A stretch of 64,000 nt of DNA from the NCBI GenBank assembly GCA_051362555.1, contig CM120640.1, positions 13,330,001 to 13,394,000 of the forward strand, read 5' to 3'. The notes beneath the pieces were generated by a model, which was not told the origin of the DNA, searched no databases, and was given only the letters and a program-made list of their open reading frames with translations. Made by a program: the position numbers and the translations under genes. Positions 28,501 to 41,954 of this stretch are shown here, piece after piece. Origin of the DNA: Lingula anatina. Its lineage: Eukaryota > Animalia > Brachiopoda. Positions within the stretch are counted from its first letter, which is position 1, and every line of letters starts with the position of its first letter.

Positions 28501-29668
28501 TCAGGTCAGCTTATTCAGCAGATTTAATTACAAAAAAAAATGTGTCTATCCGACCTTACTGCACCACGTTCACGTTTGGAATTCAACAAAGAATTTCAGT
28601 GTGCATGTAATAAGTATTACAATCTGATATACATTGCGACAAATATCATATTTCATTGCACAAAGAGAGACATTATCAAAGTTTTTGTGCGTTTAACATA
28701 ATGTTTATTGAACTGTTTTAAAATAATTGCTCAATAACAATGATACTTATGTTGTTATGTCGTCACTTATAAATGAAGAAATTATGGTAGCATTGTTTTC
28801 ATAAGTAAAGGCACAGTGTGGGCTATGAACGACACCACTTAGCTGTGCATAGACACTATAGTTATTTTTATAATAGGGCATATTTGCGCAACATAGGCCA
28901 CCTGAGTCCCGCCGTGACCCCGTGACTGTTGAATCCAGAGCCAATATTTGTTTGTTTGCTGTATACCCACGGGAGGTAGACATACGAGTAGTATAAATAT
29001 AGCACGCAAATTGAGATTTTCGCTTTACATTGTGTACTGAAATTAGGCCGTTCATACAGATCCGTTGTCTGAATTGTTCCCACAAGTGCCTCTAAACCCC
29101 TATACGGACTATATGCTGCCATCGGTCTTAAATCTAGGAGACTCCATGTTTACGGATTTTGGGGTCGCAGAAATAAAACATTCCATCAAACATAATATCT
29201 TATATGAAATTATTAATTAAACTTAGTGTTACTGATATAAATGGTGATATTCTAGTCACATGTATAAAGTAGTATTTAGGTGTAAAACATTTACAGTTTG
29301 GCAGCATGAGCTCTTTTGAGTCGTTAAAACGGCTCAGTATTTGCTGTATCCTATTTATTGAAAATTTTCTTTAGTACGGCACAGCTGTGAGAATAGGTCG
29401 ATATGCTATGTTATTTTATATCTCGTGTCTGGAGACGAATCAATGTGAACAGGCTTTTCACTCCATCGTCACAAACCTTACTCTGCAAAAAATGTATTTT
29501 TTATTCTGTAAGATAAAAAGAACACTTATTGGTTCATGTCAAAAGGATCCATTCCCGACATGCCATGCATGAAAATAAACCCTTACCTCTACACTCTAAT
29601 AAGAGAAGGCTCAACATGTGCAGAAGAACGGCCCGTCCTAGGCAATGGTTCACTTGTGACAGTGGCAT
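19258..29668 (-). CDS. nAChR alpha-derived subunit lacking vicinal cysteines (gene B, paralog of A), 6 exons: 29587-29668, 24946-25091, 24492-24536, 23432-23541, 20239-21205, 19258-19425; 505 aa
   Basis: Same exon sizes (146/45/110) and phases as gene A. Signal peptide [27 protein letters not shown]; Cys-loop identical to A; TM1-TM4 nearly identical to A; loop C reads YYNSKPEPH. The total of 1518 nt is in frame. Confidence 0.92.
19458..19499. repeat. (CA)n microsatellite just upstream of the gene B last-exon acceptor
   Basis: Direct reading. Confidence 0.95.
21686..22228 (-). mobile_element. Truncated Penelope-like retroelement (GIY-YIG region remnant) with inverted terminal segments
   Basis: Frameshifted minus-strand peptides [16 protein letters not shown]..(VVYK), [13 protein letters not shown] and [10 protein letters not shown] resemble the Penelope linker/GIY-YIG region. 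There is a ~61-bp inverted repeat at 21686-21746 / 22167-22228. Confidence 0.72.
22743..22780 (-). promoter_or_regulatory. Intronic element complementary to the TM2 codons of gene B (candidate ECS)
   Basis: Plus-strand gagcgattacgtcgtatatctccactctgct matches the exon sense strand at 20705-20736; it lies in the same intron as the gene A element. Confidence 0.7.
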
Positions 29669-32600
29669 CTCCCAGTTTTCATGCAACCTGTGAGCCTGCT
29701 TTTTAATAACCTCGGCGATACCAAAAATAACGTCAAACTGATGTTGTTTTCACTTTTAAGTGAAATAACTTATCCAAAGTTATTGTCCTGAAAATAACAC
29801 ACATTTGAATCAGTTAATATAAGCAAAGTTGATGACGAAGTGTTTTGAACAAGAAATGATAAAAAGACATTAGTTTGACAGTCGATATATGTAGGTCTCT
29901 GTAGTTGTGGGAACGATATCTTCGAAAAAAGCCTGATTTTAAAATTGAGCCAATCATTTAACTTTCACCGCAGGCTAAATAAAGATCCGCTTCAATGGAT
30001 ACAAACGGTATACTGTCTTACTCCCCAATAGGCAATAGTGTTTTGATTGATTAATTCAAGCTTCTTTAATAATTAGTGGAATTATCAATTTTTGTAAACA
30101 CGACGTATTCCATTGCTTGTTTTCCTTACATTTAGGCTTTGAAGCATGACACTGTACACTTTTGCAGCATTTCAGATAACGATAATGCCTTTTCTTGGTA
30201 AATTATTTATAGGATTTGATTTGAAGAACTGATGCACAAAACCACAGCTGTACCTGAACAAAGCAGTGATTTCCCACAATATTCAATACAGTCTGTGTAG
30301 AACATGTATATACTGAAATGAAGTCTCGTGCATCCATTCACAATGCAGTAAGGAAGGATACTAATGCCCCATTTCGATTCGACACTTTTTAATTGAAAAT
30401 AACCTCAACATGGCCGTTGGGATAGAAGGCAGGCAGAGTTAAAGAAATCGGTAGCCGAGTTGGAATAAGTATCGACTGGCAAGACTGGGTGATTGATAGG
30501 GCACGCTGGCGCTACCAATCTTCCGTTGATTGCTAAAAAAGAGTCTTTTGGGTGAGATGCTCGTGCATTATACACAGCTTAACTCTCCAATACCTATTTT
30601 ATATAGGAAGCCATATTTATCTGGCCCTGGGTGGGGAATTGGTGTATTGCACATTTTGTTAATTACTTATGAAAATGGTTTATTTATATTAATTTTCCGA
30701 AATCATTTCAACGTGTTTTCCATGATATCACAGGGTTTGGTTGAAATTATTTCGAGCTCTGCGTCTACCTGTATACAGTAGGTGCCGCAGATATGTACTT
30801 AATTAACTATATCTAAAGGCATTTGTTGATTAAAACAGAAGGTTTTGAGAGCAGACTACTTACTTTTGAAGAAATCTGTGCGTTGCATATATAAACAGAA
30901 GTACTGCCATGTATTAAAATTGATATCCCACGGCGTAAGACGCAATCACTGGAAATTGGATTGTCTCTCCCCGTCCTCTTCTACTGCTAACGACTCTGAT
31001 CAATGGTGGTTAACACCGATATTGTGCGATACTGGGACTCATGCTGTGAACGGTGTCAACTTGAACTTATTTCCAACCTCGCGTTCTTCGTTTTCCACAA
31101 TGAATTCTTTTAAGGCGAGTTTGAGGTAAATCTTGCTTACACCTGACTGGAGAGTCCTGCATAAAGAACCGTCGAGTATTTGCAAACAAACAGATTCTAA
31201 CCCCTTCTGATCAAGTGAGCCTCTTTGTGGAAACGAGGTAGAAGTATTGGATTGAGATCAATGCTTCGATCACAACCTTATGCATCCTGGCTATAGGAAA
31301 AACACTATCGACAAGATAAAATTTAACTTGAGTTAGATCATAATATATCTTTATTTATTTTAAGTCATCCATCTGTATAGTAGTAGTAGAAATGAATTTT
31401 TATATGTGTTCAATTGCTTAGACCGTTTCGTTTCTCATGTTTGACGAATCAAGATTTTACAAGAGGACACCAAATTTTACGTAGCTGTAAAATGTTCAAA
31501 CGGCTGTAGCAAACCAAAGCTGGTTGAAAGCGCAAATAGGCTTACAAGTACGTATGATCTCCCTGGTAACCAAGCCACTGCACAGTGCACTCTTGTGAGA
31601 AAGCGCACACACTGTGCAAGCGAGATATATTCAGAGTTAATTAGCTCTGCTGCTCTCCGCGAACTGCTCCTCAGATGGCGTATTTGCCATTAAATGCCAC
31701 ATTTCGACAATATATCACGGGAATAGGTTCAATTGTGCCTAATATATTATTCTATTTGACTGTACGTGTTTTGATTGAAAATACCAGTGGAGAGGCGGAT
31801 TGTGCGGTGTACACAGACTACCCAAGCACTCTATTGATCCTCCTTTATTTCATTATGCTATGCTTGAGTGGGCTCTTGCTAACTTGACTTCGCCTTAATT
31901 CATAACTATATTTGTCGCCAAACACCAGTCCGAAAAGAAACCTGAGCTCGAGAACATTGACTTCTTATTAACGAAAGACTGGGTTAAAATTATTATTATT
32001 TTACCTGATATGATGAAATTTCTGTGCGGAAGAGTAATCTCATCTTACTTTACTCAATAGATTGATGACATGTGTAGGCGGATTCTATGTGTAAATATTT
32101 CGAAAAATTCCGACAGATTATCTCTAAATACTTTATCGTGACTTACTCTATAAGCATAGGCTACTGTACGCATTCAGATATGATGGAATAAAGAAGTAAC
32201 CGTGGAATTCTACAGACACACAAAATGAAACGAAAAGCACGACAGTTTTGTTCGTGCCAGTGGCAGCTTAGGTGAGAGAGAGAGAGAGAGGGAGAGAGAG
32301 AGATTTCTCACCTAACACACTGCGATTAATAGAACGTGTTGTAATCCTCGCGACTGGAAAAGCACTAGAACATTTTTGTTGTTTTCATTTACCAGGACGA
32401 ACTTTTGAAGCGTAATTTGATGTGATATATCATTGATTTTCCACCCGTATTTACTTCAAACATTCGATGTATTTAGATTATCCGAAAAACGGTGGCGATG
32501 TTGCTGACATTAGGCTTATTATATAGATACTATACGTATTTGTGGCCCATTCTTGCGTAAATGGGTTAATAATTGAAACCATTCCCGCAGCGTTTATGTT

Positions 32601-34323
32601 AAACTAGATGCTAATCCATCTTAAGTTGAATTATTCCTTGTTCGTACAAATTTGAAAAAGTGATACAGTAAACACAGTTTATTATCAACGACAAAAGAAA
32701 TACAAAGCGCATGCAAAATACATCAGTTGAATTTTAACAAACTATAAAGTTTTGTTATTAAGTAATGTTTAAAAGCGTAATGAACCTGAGTAAAATGAAC
32801 AGCATTGAAATATTGCTCATGTAAACACAATACATATTTTCAAATTAATCGATTATAAATATGTTAATAGTTAAATACCCACTAATAAGTAAAAATATTG
32901 CAAAGGTCTGTTTTGTTCATGATCAGAACAAAAACAGTTGCCTAGCATATGAAACGCTATTCTTTTTATAAAAAGGCTTGCATAGCTAATAGATCCACTG
33001 CCTCTTTTCTAGTTCATTAAATAATTGTCAGCAGTAAGGAGCTGTATTGCCCACAAAACTAAATAGTGTCTTTACATAAAGACTGGTAAAAGAGATTTAG
33101 GAATAATAAGGGAATGAAGAGAGACAGAATGTTAGCGCAGAATGTTGACTGATGTCACGCTAATGTTAGAGATAAAATAACTGAGAATGCTATTCGTGTA
33201 CACTGTATTATCATCTTGTGTAAGAGGCCCCTTTTGCACTTATAGGCCAATATAATGCCGTGGAAAAACGTAAACTCACGAAGGCAGAGGCCCTCTCAAG
33301 GTGGCGAGTAACTTTTCGAGATAGTTTACTTGAATATGTCGAGTTACACCAACTGATTACAATTTCGTTTATATGAATAGGTCCATACAGTTTACAAGGA
33401 ATTGAAACCGTTTCTCAACGTATAAATATACCCGAAGACATAAGCTGAATATTTTACGGGGAATCATTAATCTTGTTTTCCTGGTACATGTACCAGGATA
33501 CGCTTTTTTGAGGTAATAAATTAAAGGCATCTTATCCGGAATTTTTCTTTTTAAAAAGCAGTTTTCTCCTACTCAAGGACCATTGTTCGACTCTTACATT
33601 TGGATTGAGTGTTTTATACAATTTGGATTTTTCAGGTATTAAATATTTCTCGTAACGATAAGAACGACATATACTACTGTACATATCAGACGGAAAATTG
33701 AAATGTTATTTTCGTTTTTAGGTCTGAATTTGCAGAGATATGTAGTTTTGCGGGATATGTAGACATTTTAAAAATATCTGACTTTGGGACAGTCGGAAAA
33801 TTGCAGTAATGAGGTACTTGGTATTGGGTGAAAATGTTTTGTATTGTGTAGGATAACAATGAATGTAATACCTTATAACAGAATTTGAAGTATTCAGGAT
33901 GTAAACATCTTAGATTTCAGATCGTTTTGAAGAATTTGACACCAGCAGTGTCCTGTCCTTTGAAAGAATCTTCCTTCGAAAGCCACGTTGTGGTATTTGA
34001 TTCTCTGCTGTTATAATTGATAAGTTTCTGCAATTCAGTATACAAATAAATCGCTTATCTTGAATGCTAGTAGTGTGTTTTATGTGGTGTAGATATGCAA
34101 ACCATGATACCAACATTTTTAAATTAAACATAGCAAAAAGGTTGAATACAAACAAAAAAAGTAAAGTAAGAAGAAAGGAAAGAAGGAAAGACCAGCAGTT
34201 CAATTGTGTGCAGTAATAATATTAAAATGCTTAAGCATAAAACAAAAAGAAAACGCTACGGGGATATATATCGAGGAGGATCCAGATCAATTGTTCTTAT
34301 TGATTGGCGACTGTAGTTCTTTT

Positions 34324-35616
34324 TTAGGCTTTGGTAGGTCCTCGATCAGCCAGAATATGGGGCCCATCAAAAAAGATCCCAGTTGCACCTCCGGCAGTGA
34401 CGATCATGAAGATGAAAAATAGTAAACGGTCGATCACGTGAGCTATGTATTTCCAATCCTGAAGTACCTGAAAGAGTTATTCAGATAAATCAATACACGT
34501 GAGTATCTCTCAGCAAAAGGCTTTATCTCTATCCATTCCTTTCTTTTTGAAGACAAACACTTTTTTTAAATGACTTAAAAAGGGACATACAAGAAGCCTG
34601 ATTATAATTCACTTACCATGGCTGTTTCATCCACGTTTTGCAGGTGATCGGCTATGAAAGCGACTCTTTCAGCGGAACCGATGACGTCACTGCTGATACT
34701 CTTTATATGACCCATGCACTGCGGGCAACTCCCGTCGTGGACCTGAAGAACTCCATCCGCCCATTTGGGCGACAGATCAGAATTTCCAAAAAAGGCAAGA
34801 TTGATCATTTTTTGATACTTTTTTCTCCTCTTCAATCCGCGAATATACAGAGCGTCGTGGTTGGGTCGTCTTATCATCAGAAGTTTGGGGAGGTAGTTAA
34901 GAAAGACTACTCGCACCCAGCGGTTCATTCGATGTGCTTTAGGAGACCTATAATGCCAATTAATTAGGATGACTGTGTTGAAGACTGATATGATATTCAT
35001 CAAGAACGTAAAGAACAGAAACTCGGCGATAAGAGGGACTGCTTCTGAGTTTGGTGGCAGAAGCTTAGACACAAGAATAATGAAGAAAACCAGAGAAACG
35101 AGAACTGAAATTGTCAATGTTATTTTCTCCCCTGCTTCTGCGGGCAGATAGAAATTAAAGACACTCAAGGTGGCAATAAGCATACATGGAATAATCAAAT
35201 TCACGATGTAGAAGAGAGTTTTCCTTCTTATTTTCAAAGTGTAAATTACTCGTGTTGTCTTAGTATTTCCCTTTTCGATCTCTATAATTTTTCCCTCTCC
35301 GTCGACTATGCCCCAGATTCCACTCGGCATGTAGTCCATTAGGTCAGTATTACTGTAGTTCCAGAAGACGCTCCCGTCGGCGTAATAACTTATGTACCAA
35401 TCAAACCCAAACTCTTCACTATTGTATGTCCATGAGCCAAAATACATATCACAAATCTGCTCATCAAAGGGGAAATATTTGACATCCAGTTGACATGAAC
35501 TTTTGTAGATAGCGGGCGGAGCACGAAGAAGATAATTCGAGCCACCTGATGTGTCGGAAATGTTACTGTATATGATAACATTTGACTTGTAGTCCTCTGA
35601 GAATTTGCCGTCGGCG
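34324..35616 (-). CDS. Gene C 3' cassette 5 (distal, most diverged): exons 34617-35616 and 34324-34467
   Basis: Phase-2 acceptor ctag|C GCC GAC GGC; Cys-loop CQLDVKYFPFDEQIC; TM1-3; donor GTAAGT; terminal exon VLQDWKYIAHVIDRLL...DRGPTKA*. ORF intact. Confidence 0.9.
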
Positions 35617-36884
35617 CTAGGTGGAACAAGAGAAAACAAAAAGTGCGTAATGACTCTTCAATCAAATGCGTGAGTTTAATCATAGAAAATTTATGTGGGG
35701 ATGTCAACCAATTCAGTGTTTACTTCGCGTGTGACAGTACAGAAAATATAGCGGTTAATAATAGTGAGCTGGTACCTGTTAAATGACACATCAGGGTTTA
35801 AATAAAAGGATGGTATAAAAGAACTGTCTCTTAAAGTAAACTATACAACCACGATGTAGAAGAAAACCCATACTTGTGTTTCTAAAATGAATTCTTTGGG
35901 AGAAGAAGTATAAAATAAAGTACATTATTTATTTGTAAAGTTTTTTTTACGCACATGCTGATACCGTGAGTATAGGAATTAAATCACAACATAAAAACTG
36001 CATAACTGGATGTGCATGCAAACAACTCTGCATTTCACATTTTTCGAGATTACAGGAAAAGGATCATTAATTTATTTTCTTCCTAAGCTATTTATCCACA
36101 CATGTTATGAAGACATACACTTTACAGTGCAGATACAATATGCTTTACATATAATGTATAATCAGTAACACAATTTGAGTACAAAATACTTGAAACAAAC
36201 ACATAAATGCTGCACCTTCGCATTCATCACACCTACACTCCTGCACACACCCAACCATATCTATATATATAATCAAATGTGCACTGTGTAAAGCGTTAAG
36301 AGACATCTATAATCCCCTGAGAACAGATGTTTCCTATTTTGTATTTTCGGTAGATGGAGTATTTTACTTGAGAAACTAACGGAGTGTTGATAGCTGTTTG
36401 GATGAAGCAGATATTTGAAAGCGATGTTAGTTTTCACCCCAAAAACGTTGCTGTTACGTCATCAGCTCGAATAAGCAAAATCACCCCAATGTACAGTATG
36501 TTTGCTGCGAGGACATTATCTCATATCATCACAATGTTCATTACGCATTCTTCAAGCGGATAAGGAAAAAAATGCTTACAAACCAAAACCTCTGTTATTC
36601 TGTCCTTTTTCTTGTGTAAAATTAACTTCAATCAAATGCTATTCAACTCCTTTAATGAGGCCAGGCGGTAACGTGAATAAGTAAGTAATCTTAGGTATCC
36701 ATTCTGATTTTATCGACACAATCGATATATTTCATTATGATGAGTTATCAATTAATTATATTACGACAACATATCGTTTATTTAATTGTTATATTCTGTG
36801 ATTGAAAAGCATCAGCTTTAATTGCATGTCACATTCTACATTTTGTAATCAGCCTACGCCCGTCTCGCTAAAATCCGACCTACG

Positions 36885-37052
36885 CAGGGGCGGATTGAGG
36901 CCGTCTTCTGGGTCTCCTGGAAGACGGTCAGATTTTAGAGTTTACATTTATGGATATCTAATTTTTTCTGTCGGAAGAGAGTCTAAAATAGAGGATGGAG
37001 CAACAAAGATAACTTGGAAGACTGTCAGAAAATAGCTCTGGATCTGCCCCTG
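36885..37052. mobile_element. MITE, 168 bp, CAGGGGCGGAT family
   Basis: TIRs caggggcggat/atctgcccctg with a 5-bp flanking direct repeat ctacg. Internal sequence recurs at ~16263-16340, ~17165-17226 and ~18600-18661. Confidence 0.8.
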
Positions 37053-38517
37053 CTACGTTATTGTTGCTTTACCTTTAAAACTCGCAAGGTAACGTTAAAT
37101 ATTATGATGTCACTCGAAGATCATCATAAATGTGAAGTTAAAAGGGTTAAAAACGTATTTGACAAGATAGTTGTTGGCAAAAAGGGTCGTTTTTAATGCA
37201 CGGTAGATATTGCTTTCAGTGAGATCAACACATAGCCCATGCAAAGCATGCATACTTAGCTAAAAACATAAATGCCACAACAAAGCCATCTTTAAACTCG
37301 CAAGATTACCACAAAAAGGTTTTCGTGTTTTTTATCACTTGTACCATCTCAATAATCTTTGTCCCAGTCTAAATTCAAATGACTTCCACGTGTAGTTTTA
37401 CAAAAAATAAATACTACCACAACATCTCTCTTCTTTCATGGAACTTTGTTGTTGAGAGTAATTGTTACTGGTTTCAGTTGGCGCTTTACTGCCGTAATCG
37501 CTACCTTCTCCTCTGAAACACGGTTCAGGTTCAAAGCTTAATGGTCAAAGAAAAAAGTTGTGCCCACCCCCTTTCAGCTGCTGCTCGATTTAGGTAAAGC
37601 ATCCTCTGTCTTACTGAGTCTATAACCGGTGTCTGTTTCGTTACGTGGGTAGATTAACTTCGCATATTTCTCCTTTTGAAGCACGTATATAGTCTCTGGA
37701 AAAACACAATCGAAGCTCGCACTCACACGGGTATGTTATGTATGAAAGGTTGGTGACCGAAAATGGAAATTAGTAATGATGGTCGATTGATATGTTATTG
37801 AGGACTAATATAAAGAGCTGAAAACGGGAAAATAACGGCTATGATATGAACATTGGTGGCGCCTCGTTAGACATACACGGTATGATACAATCAGGCAGAA
37901 TAATTTCCTCCGTTTAATTTTTATAGTGTTATGTTGTGTAGGCCCCCCTAGTGGTGGCGCCTCCTAGCGGAGGATACCAGGAGACGCTGGGCAGGTTGGG
38001 CAAGTAAGTTAATAAGTCAACTGTCGAGGTGTTTAAATGTAGACGAATTGAAGGTGATCAGCAGAATAAGTCCAGAAACCAAATTCCATCATGCAGATTT
38101 TGTCGTCGAATGGGAAATGGCGTATGTGGGCTCTTGTAAATGACCACATCAACCGGTAGCCAGGCAGTTCTTGTCGGCAGCGTTAAAATTAAAATGGAGA
38201 TAAGTGCGCTGCATATGTTGCATCCTTGAATTTAGTTTTGTGGGGAAAACTTTAAAAATTATTGATTTTATTGATTTTCATAAAAGGATTATTATGAAGT
38301 GAAGTCGAGTATGGAGTCAACACCACTAGCAGACCAAGATTGCCAGTATCTTATGCTTTCTCATGGAGCGTTAAGGTCGAGCACAGAAAACTTATCACCG
38401 TCTTGGACGAACTCACGCTTCACCATTATCGCCGAAAGCAAACTAAAATGATGACTGCGCTTATTTCTACAGCTTTTCTGTATACGTCAAATGATAGCCG
38501 GATGCCATTCTTAATTA

Positions 38518-38743
38518 CACACAATGGACAATAGAAGTGTCACCCCTACTGAACCAATACTTTGGGGGAGATAAATGACTGTGGAATGATGTACTCCTGG
38601 TATTATTTTATTATCATCAAATTTCACAAAATGTAGACCGGGCAATATAACTACTCAAGATCTGCCTACTTTGATTATTGATTACTTGATTATGATTTGA
38701 TTACTCTGATTCAGGGGGTGACACTTCTATTGTCCATTGTGTG
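38518..38743. mobile_element. Tc1/mariner-type MITE, 226 bp
   Basis: Perfect 29-bp TIRs cacacaatggacaatagaagtgtcacccc with TA on both sides. The TIR core aagtgtcacccc is shared with the Tc1 fossil at ~48690. Confidence 0.88.
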
Positions 38744-40520
38744 TAGTTGACATTAAATGGGTAAATCTTTGTGGTATTATGAAATTTTTATCACCCGATT
38801 CGTAATAGATTAGTAGTTATTAAAATACTTCTACTGCCAGCATCACGGCTAATAGCAATGACCAAATTTCCAAGGATTAAAGCAGGTGCTACAATCTTCA
38901 TTTTCTCTTTAAGCATAATACACGCTGAGTAAAATATCAAATATTATCAATTTTAAACATGCAAGGACAGCATTTGCGTGTTGGTTCTATCAAAGTAGAA
39001 TGAACTGAAGGGTGTTGCTGATATGCAGTTAATTTTAACACAGGTTGGGATAAGCGCGCAGTGCGTCAAACCAAAATATGTACGTTGTCCACATAGGTCT
39101 CAGACGTTGAAAACTGTCCAATAAAATGAAATTCTCCTCAAGATTATTCAAAAAGGGACAGTTAAATAATTATTTGAAATTCGAAACACAAATATGACGG
39201 CCCTGTTGACTAAAAAGGTATAATTTTGATGACAATGTTGAGGAACTTTCGTGTTTGGCGTGTGTAACACCAAAACCGTTAAGGCCACCCACTAGTTTTT
39301 ATTGCCCCATGACGGTTAATTTGAAATTTATTGATACATGTACAACTTAAATGTTTGTGAATAATTTTTTCTGAAAAAATCAACAATTGCTTCACTCATC
39401 AAGCACTAATATTGTAAATATACATGTATGTAGCAGGTCTCGTCGATCAAAAATGCTTAATGACGGGGGGAAGGGGGCGGGGGTGTTAAGCAAGAGTCAC
39501 AAAATATGGGCAAACCAAGTTAATTGCAAATGGGTTCCAGCAAAAGCAAAAGCACAAACCGCCTATTGCTATTTTGTTAAGCCCTGCAGTAGAACAGCAG
39601 GTGGTTTAATATTGGATTATTATTTCATGATCAATAACGATAAGCCAGAGGAGAAAAGGGCGTGAAGCATGGTGCAGTGGACTTCGTTTTCTCTTGCTAC
39701 TTATTTCTTAATTTCAAAACAAAACAAAACTAAGCACATTTTCTCTCAAATACGATCTATCACTCCTACGGCTTCGAAAGTGTATATTTTTTAAAGCTCG
39801 CTATGTTTGCTAATTCTAAGCTTGTGCTTTGTGCTTATCAGACTTTAAAGTGCACATTTTCTTGAATTTATTTCAAAATCTAAATAGCAGAAATACAAAA
39901 AAGGAAAGGGGTTGGTGCAAAATAGTTTCCTTGAGAACCGAGGTAGGCCTACATGTATTAAACTGCCTAAGACCCTGTGTGCAGATTCACTTAAATGCTT
40001 CTTGCATCTCTATAAGAGCAAGTACATCGAATTTTTGGACGAATTGCCAAATGTTTACCAATGCTTCAAAAACCAACGAATAACAAGGGTTTGAAAACGC
40101 CATGCGCTTCATTTTATTGATTCTAATTTTACTCAAGTGAAAATATAGTGAGTGTACTATATAATAATGAATGACTACAAATAGTCGTCAATTATGAAAT
40201 CATAATGAAAACAAACAAATAAACGTTACGACTTTAACATTTTTATCACTAATGTCCAAGAGATCTATTACCATTTATAGCGACATTCAGGTAAGAAATA
40301 TGCACATCTCAACGGAAAAAATTATTCAGATATCCCTTACTGTATTCATTATTTTCGTAATCACTGTAAAAATCCAAAATCAATAACAGCGCCGTAAAAG
40401 TTTTCTCTTTGACAACCACGTTACAGTCTGCTCAAAAATACTAGTTCCATCCTTTTTATTTTTTTTTTTCGTTCCTAAACATTTCCAGTTGAGACATTCT
40501 TATCATCGAATATCGCCATG

Positions 40521-41954
40521 TTATGAAGTTAACGCTTCTTGCCTATGAAAAATATGCGGAACATTAAAAAACAATCCACATGTTCCGCCAATGGTCACTA
40601 TGAAAAATAAATAAAGCAGCAAACGGTCCACCACCAAAGCAAAGTACTTCCAATCTTGAACTTCCTGAAATTATAGAAAGAAAAATCCTATTATGTGTAA
40701 TCGACATGTAATACCGAAACCTAATGAAATTTTATTACGCACCGTGCATTCCTACATACTTACATGTATGTACTGTGTAGTATGCATGTCTAGGGCTAGG
40801 CGCACGGTTACAGAGTTGAGTTCTTCGCTATCGCTATCTCATAAGCCATAGATGATCAGAAAAAAAAAGGAAAAGAGAAAGGACACACAGAGAAGGGTGG
40901 AGATAATATAAAGAGAGAAGGAAGCAGATACAAACTCACATTCTGGGTATCGTCGCTTTCCTTCAAGTGTCTAGCAATGAATGCAACGTCATTGGCTGCA
41001 TCCATCAACCTTTTTGGTACATTTCGCTTACTGCTCTCACGGCCATCTTTCGGATTTTGATTGCTGGCCGTCTTGTATATTTGCTCTGCCTTTGTAGATT
41101 TTGGTGCTTTTAAGCTAGTGCCCGTGACTTCTGTTGATAATGAGGACTCTTTCAATGTTGCCATCCACCTTTCCTCGGATGTTAATTGTTTCTCTGCTGG
41201 ACAGCCTCGTCTGTATTGGTTTTCGTGATTCGGTCGCTTAACAAGGAGCAGTCGTGGTAAGTAGTTCAGAAATACTACTCTCACCCACTTTGGCATACTG
41301 TGAGAATTTGGGGATCGAAAATGCCAGTTTATAGTCATTACAGCCAGAAGAACAGATACAATGTTCATGATGAAAGTAAACATGAGGAATTTGACTATTA
41401 GTGGGACCGATAACGATGTCGGAGGTAATAACTTTGAAATAAGTAAGATGAACACTACTAATGCGATAAGAATAGAAATGCTGAGGGCAACTTTCTCGCA
41501 GGCTTCACTTGGCAGGTAAAAAGTTGAAACGCTCAAAAAGGAAATCAATATACAAGGTATGATCAAATTAACAATGTAAAACAAAGTTTTTCTTCGAATC
41601 CGTATGTAATAAATAACTCGCGTCTCTGCAGGTTTGTCATCTTTGGCGGCTCGATACACAATGGCCCCCGGGCCTACTACAATATCCCAAGTACCACTAG
41701 GCATGTAGTCGGCCAGGTCTACTGTACTGTAATTCTTAAATGGTTTTTCTTGATAATACCAGTCGAAACCAACTTGTTCCCCAGTGTACGTCCAAGAGGC
41801 GAAATGCATTTCACATTCTTGCTCATCAAAAGGGAAATACTTGACATCGATTTCACATGAACTTTTGAAGATAGCTGGCGGGACGTGTAACATTGTTCCG
41901 TCTTCGTATACGACTACATTGGACCGGTAATCTGTTTGATATTTACCATCAGCA
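40521..41954 (-). CDS. Gene C 3' cassette 4: exons 40940-41954 and 40521-40664
   Basis: Phase-2 acceptor ctag|T GCT GAT GGT; Cys-loop [15 protein letters not shown]; TM1-3; donor GTGAGT; terminal exon EVQDWKYFALVVDRL...FHRQEALTS*. ORF intact. Confidence 0.9.

Noticed and set aside
30450-30520. tRNA A-box-like sequence tagccgagttgg
   Set aside because: No B-box or cloverleaf follows; cannot support a tRNA or SINE call.
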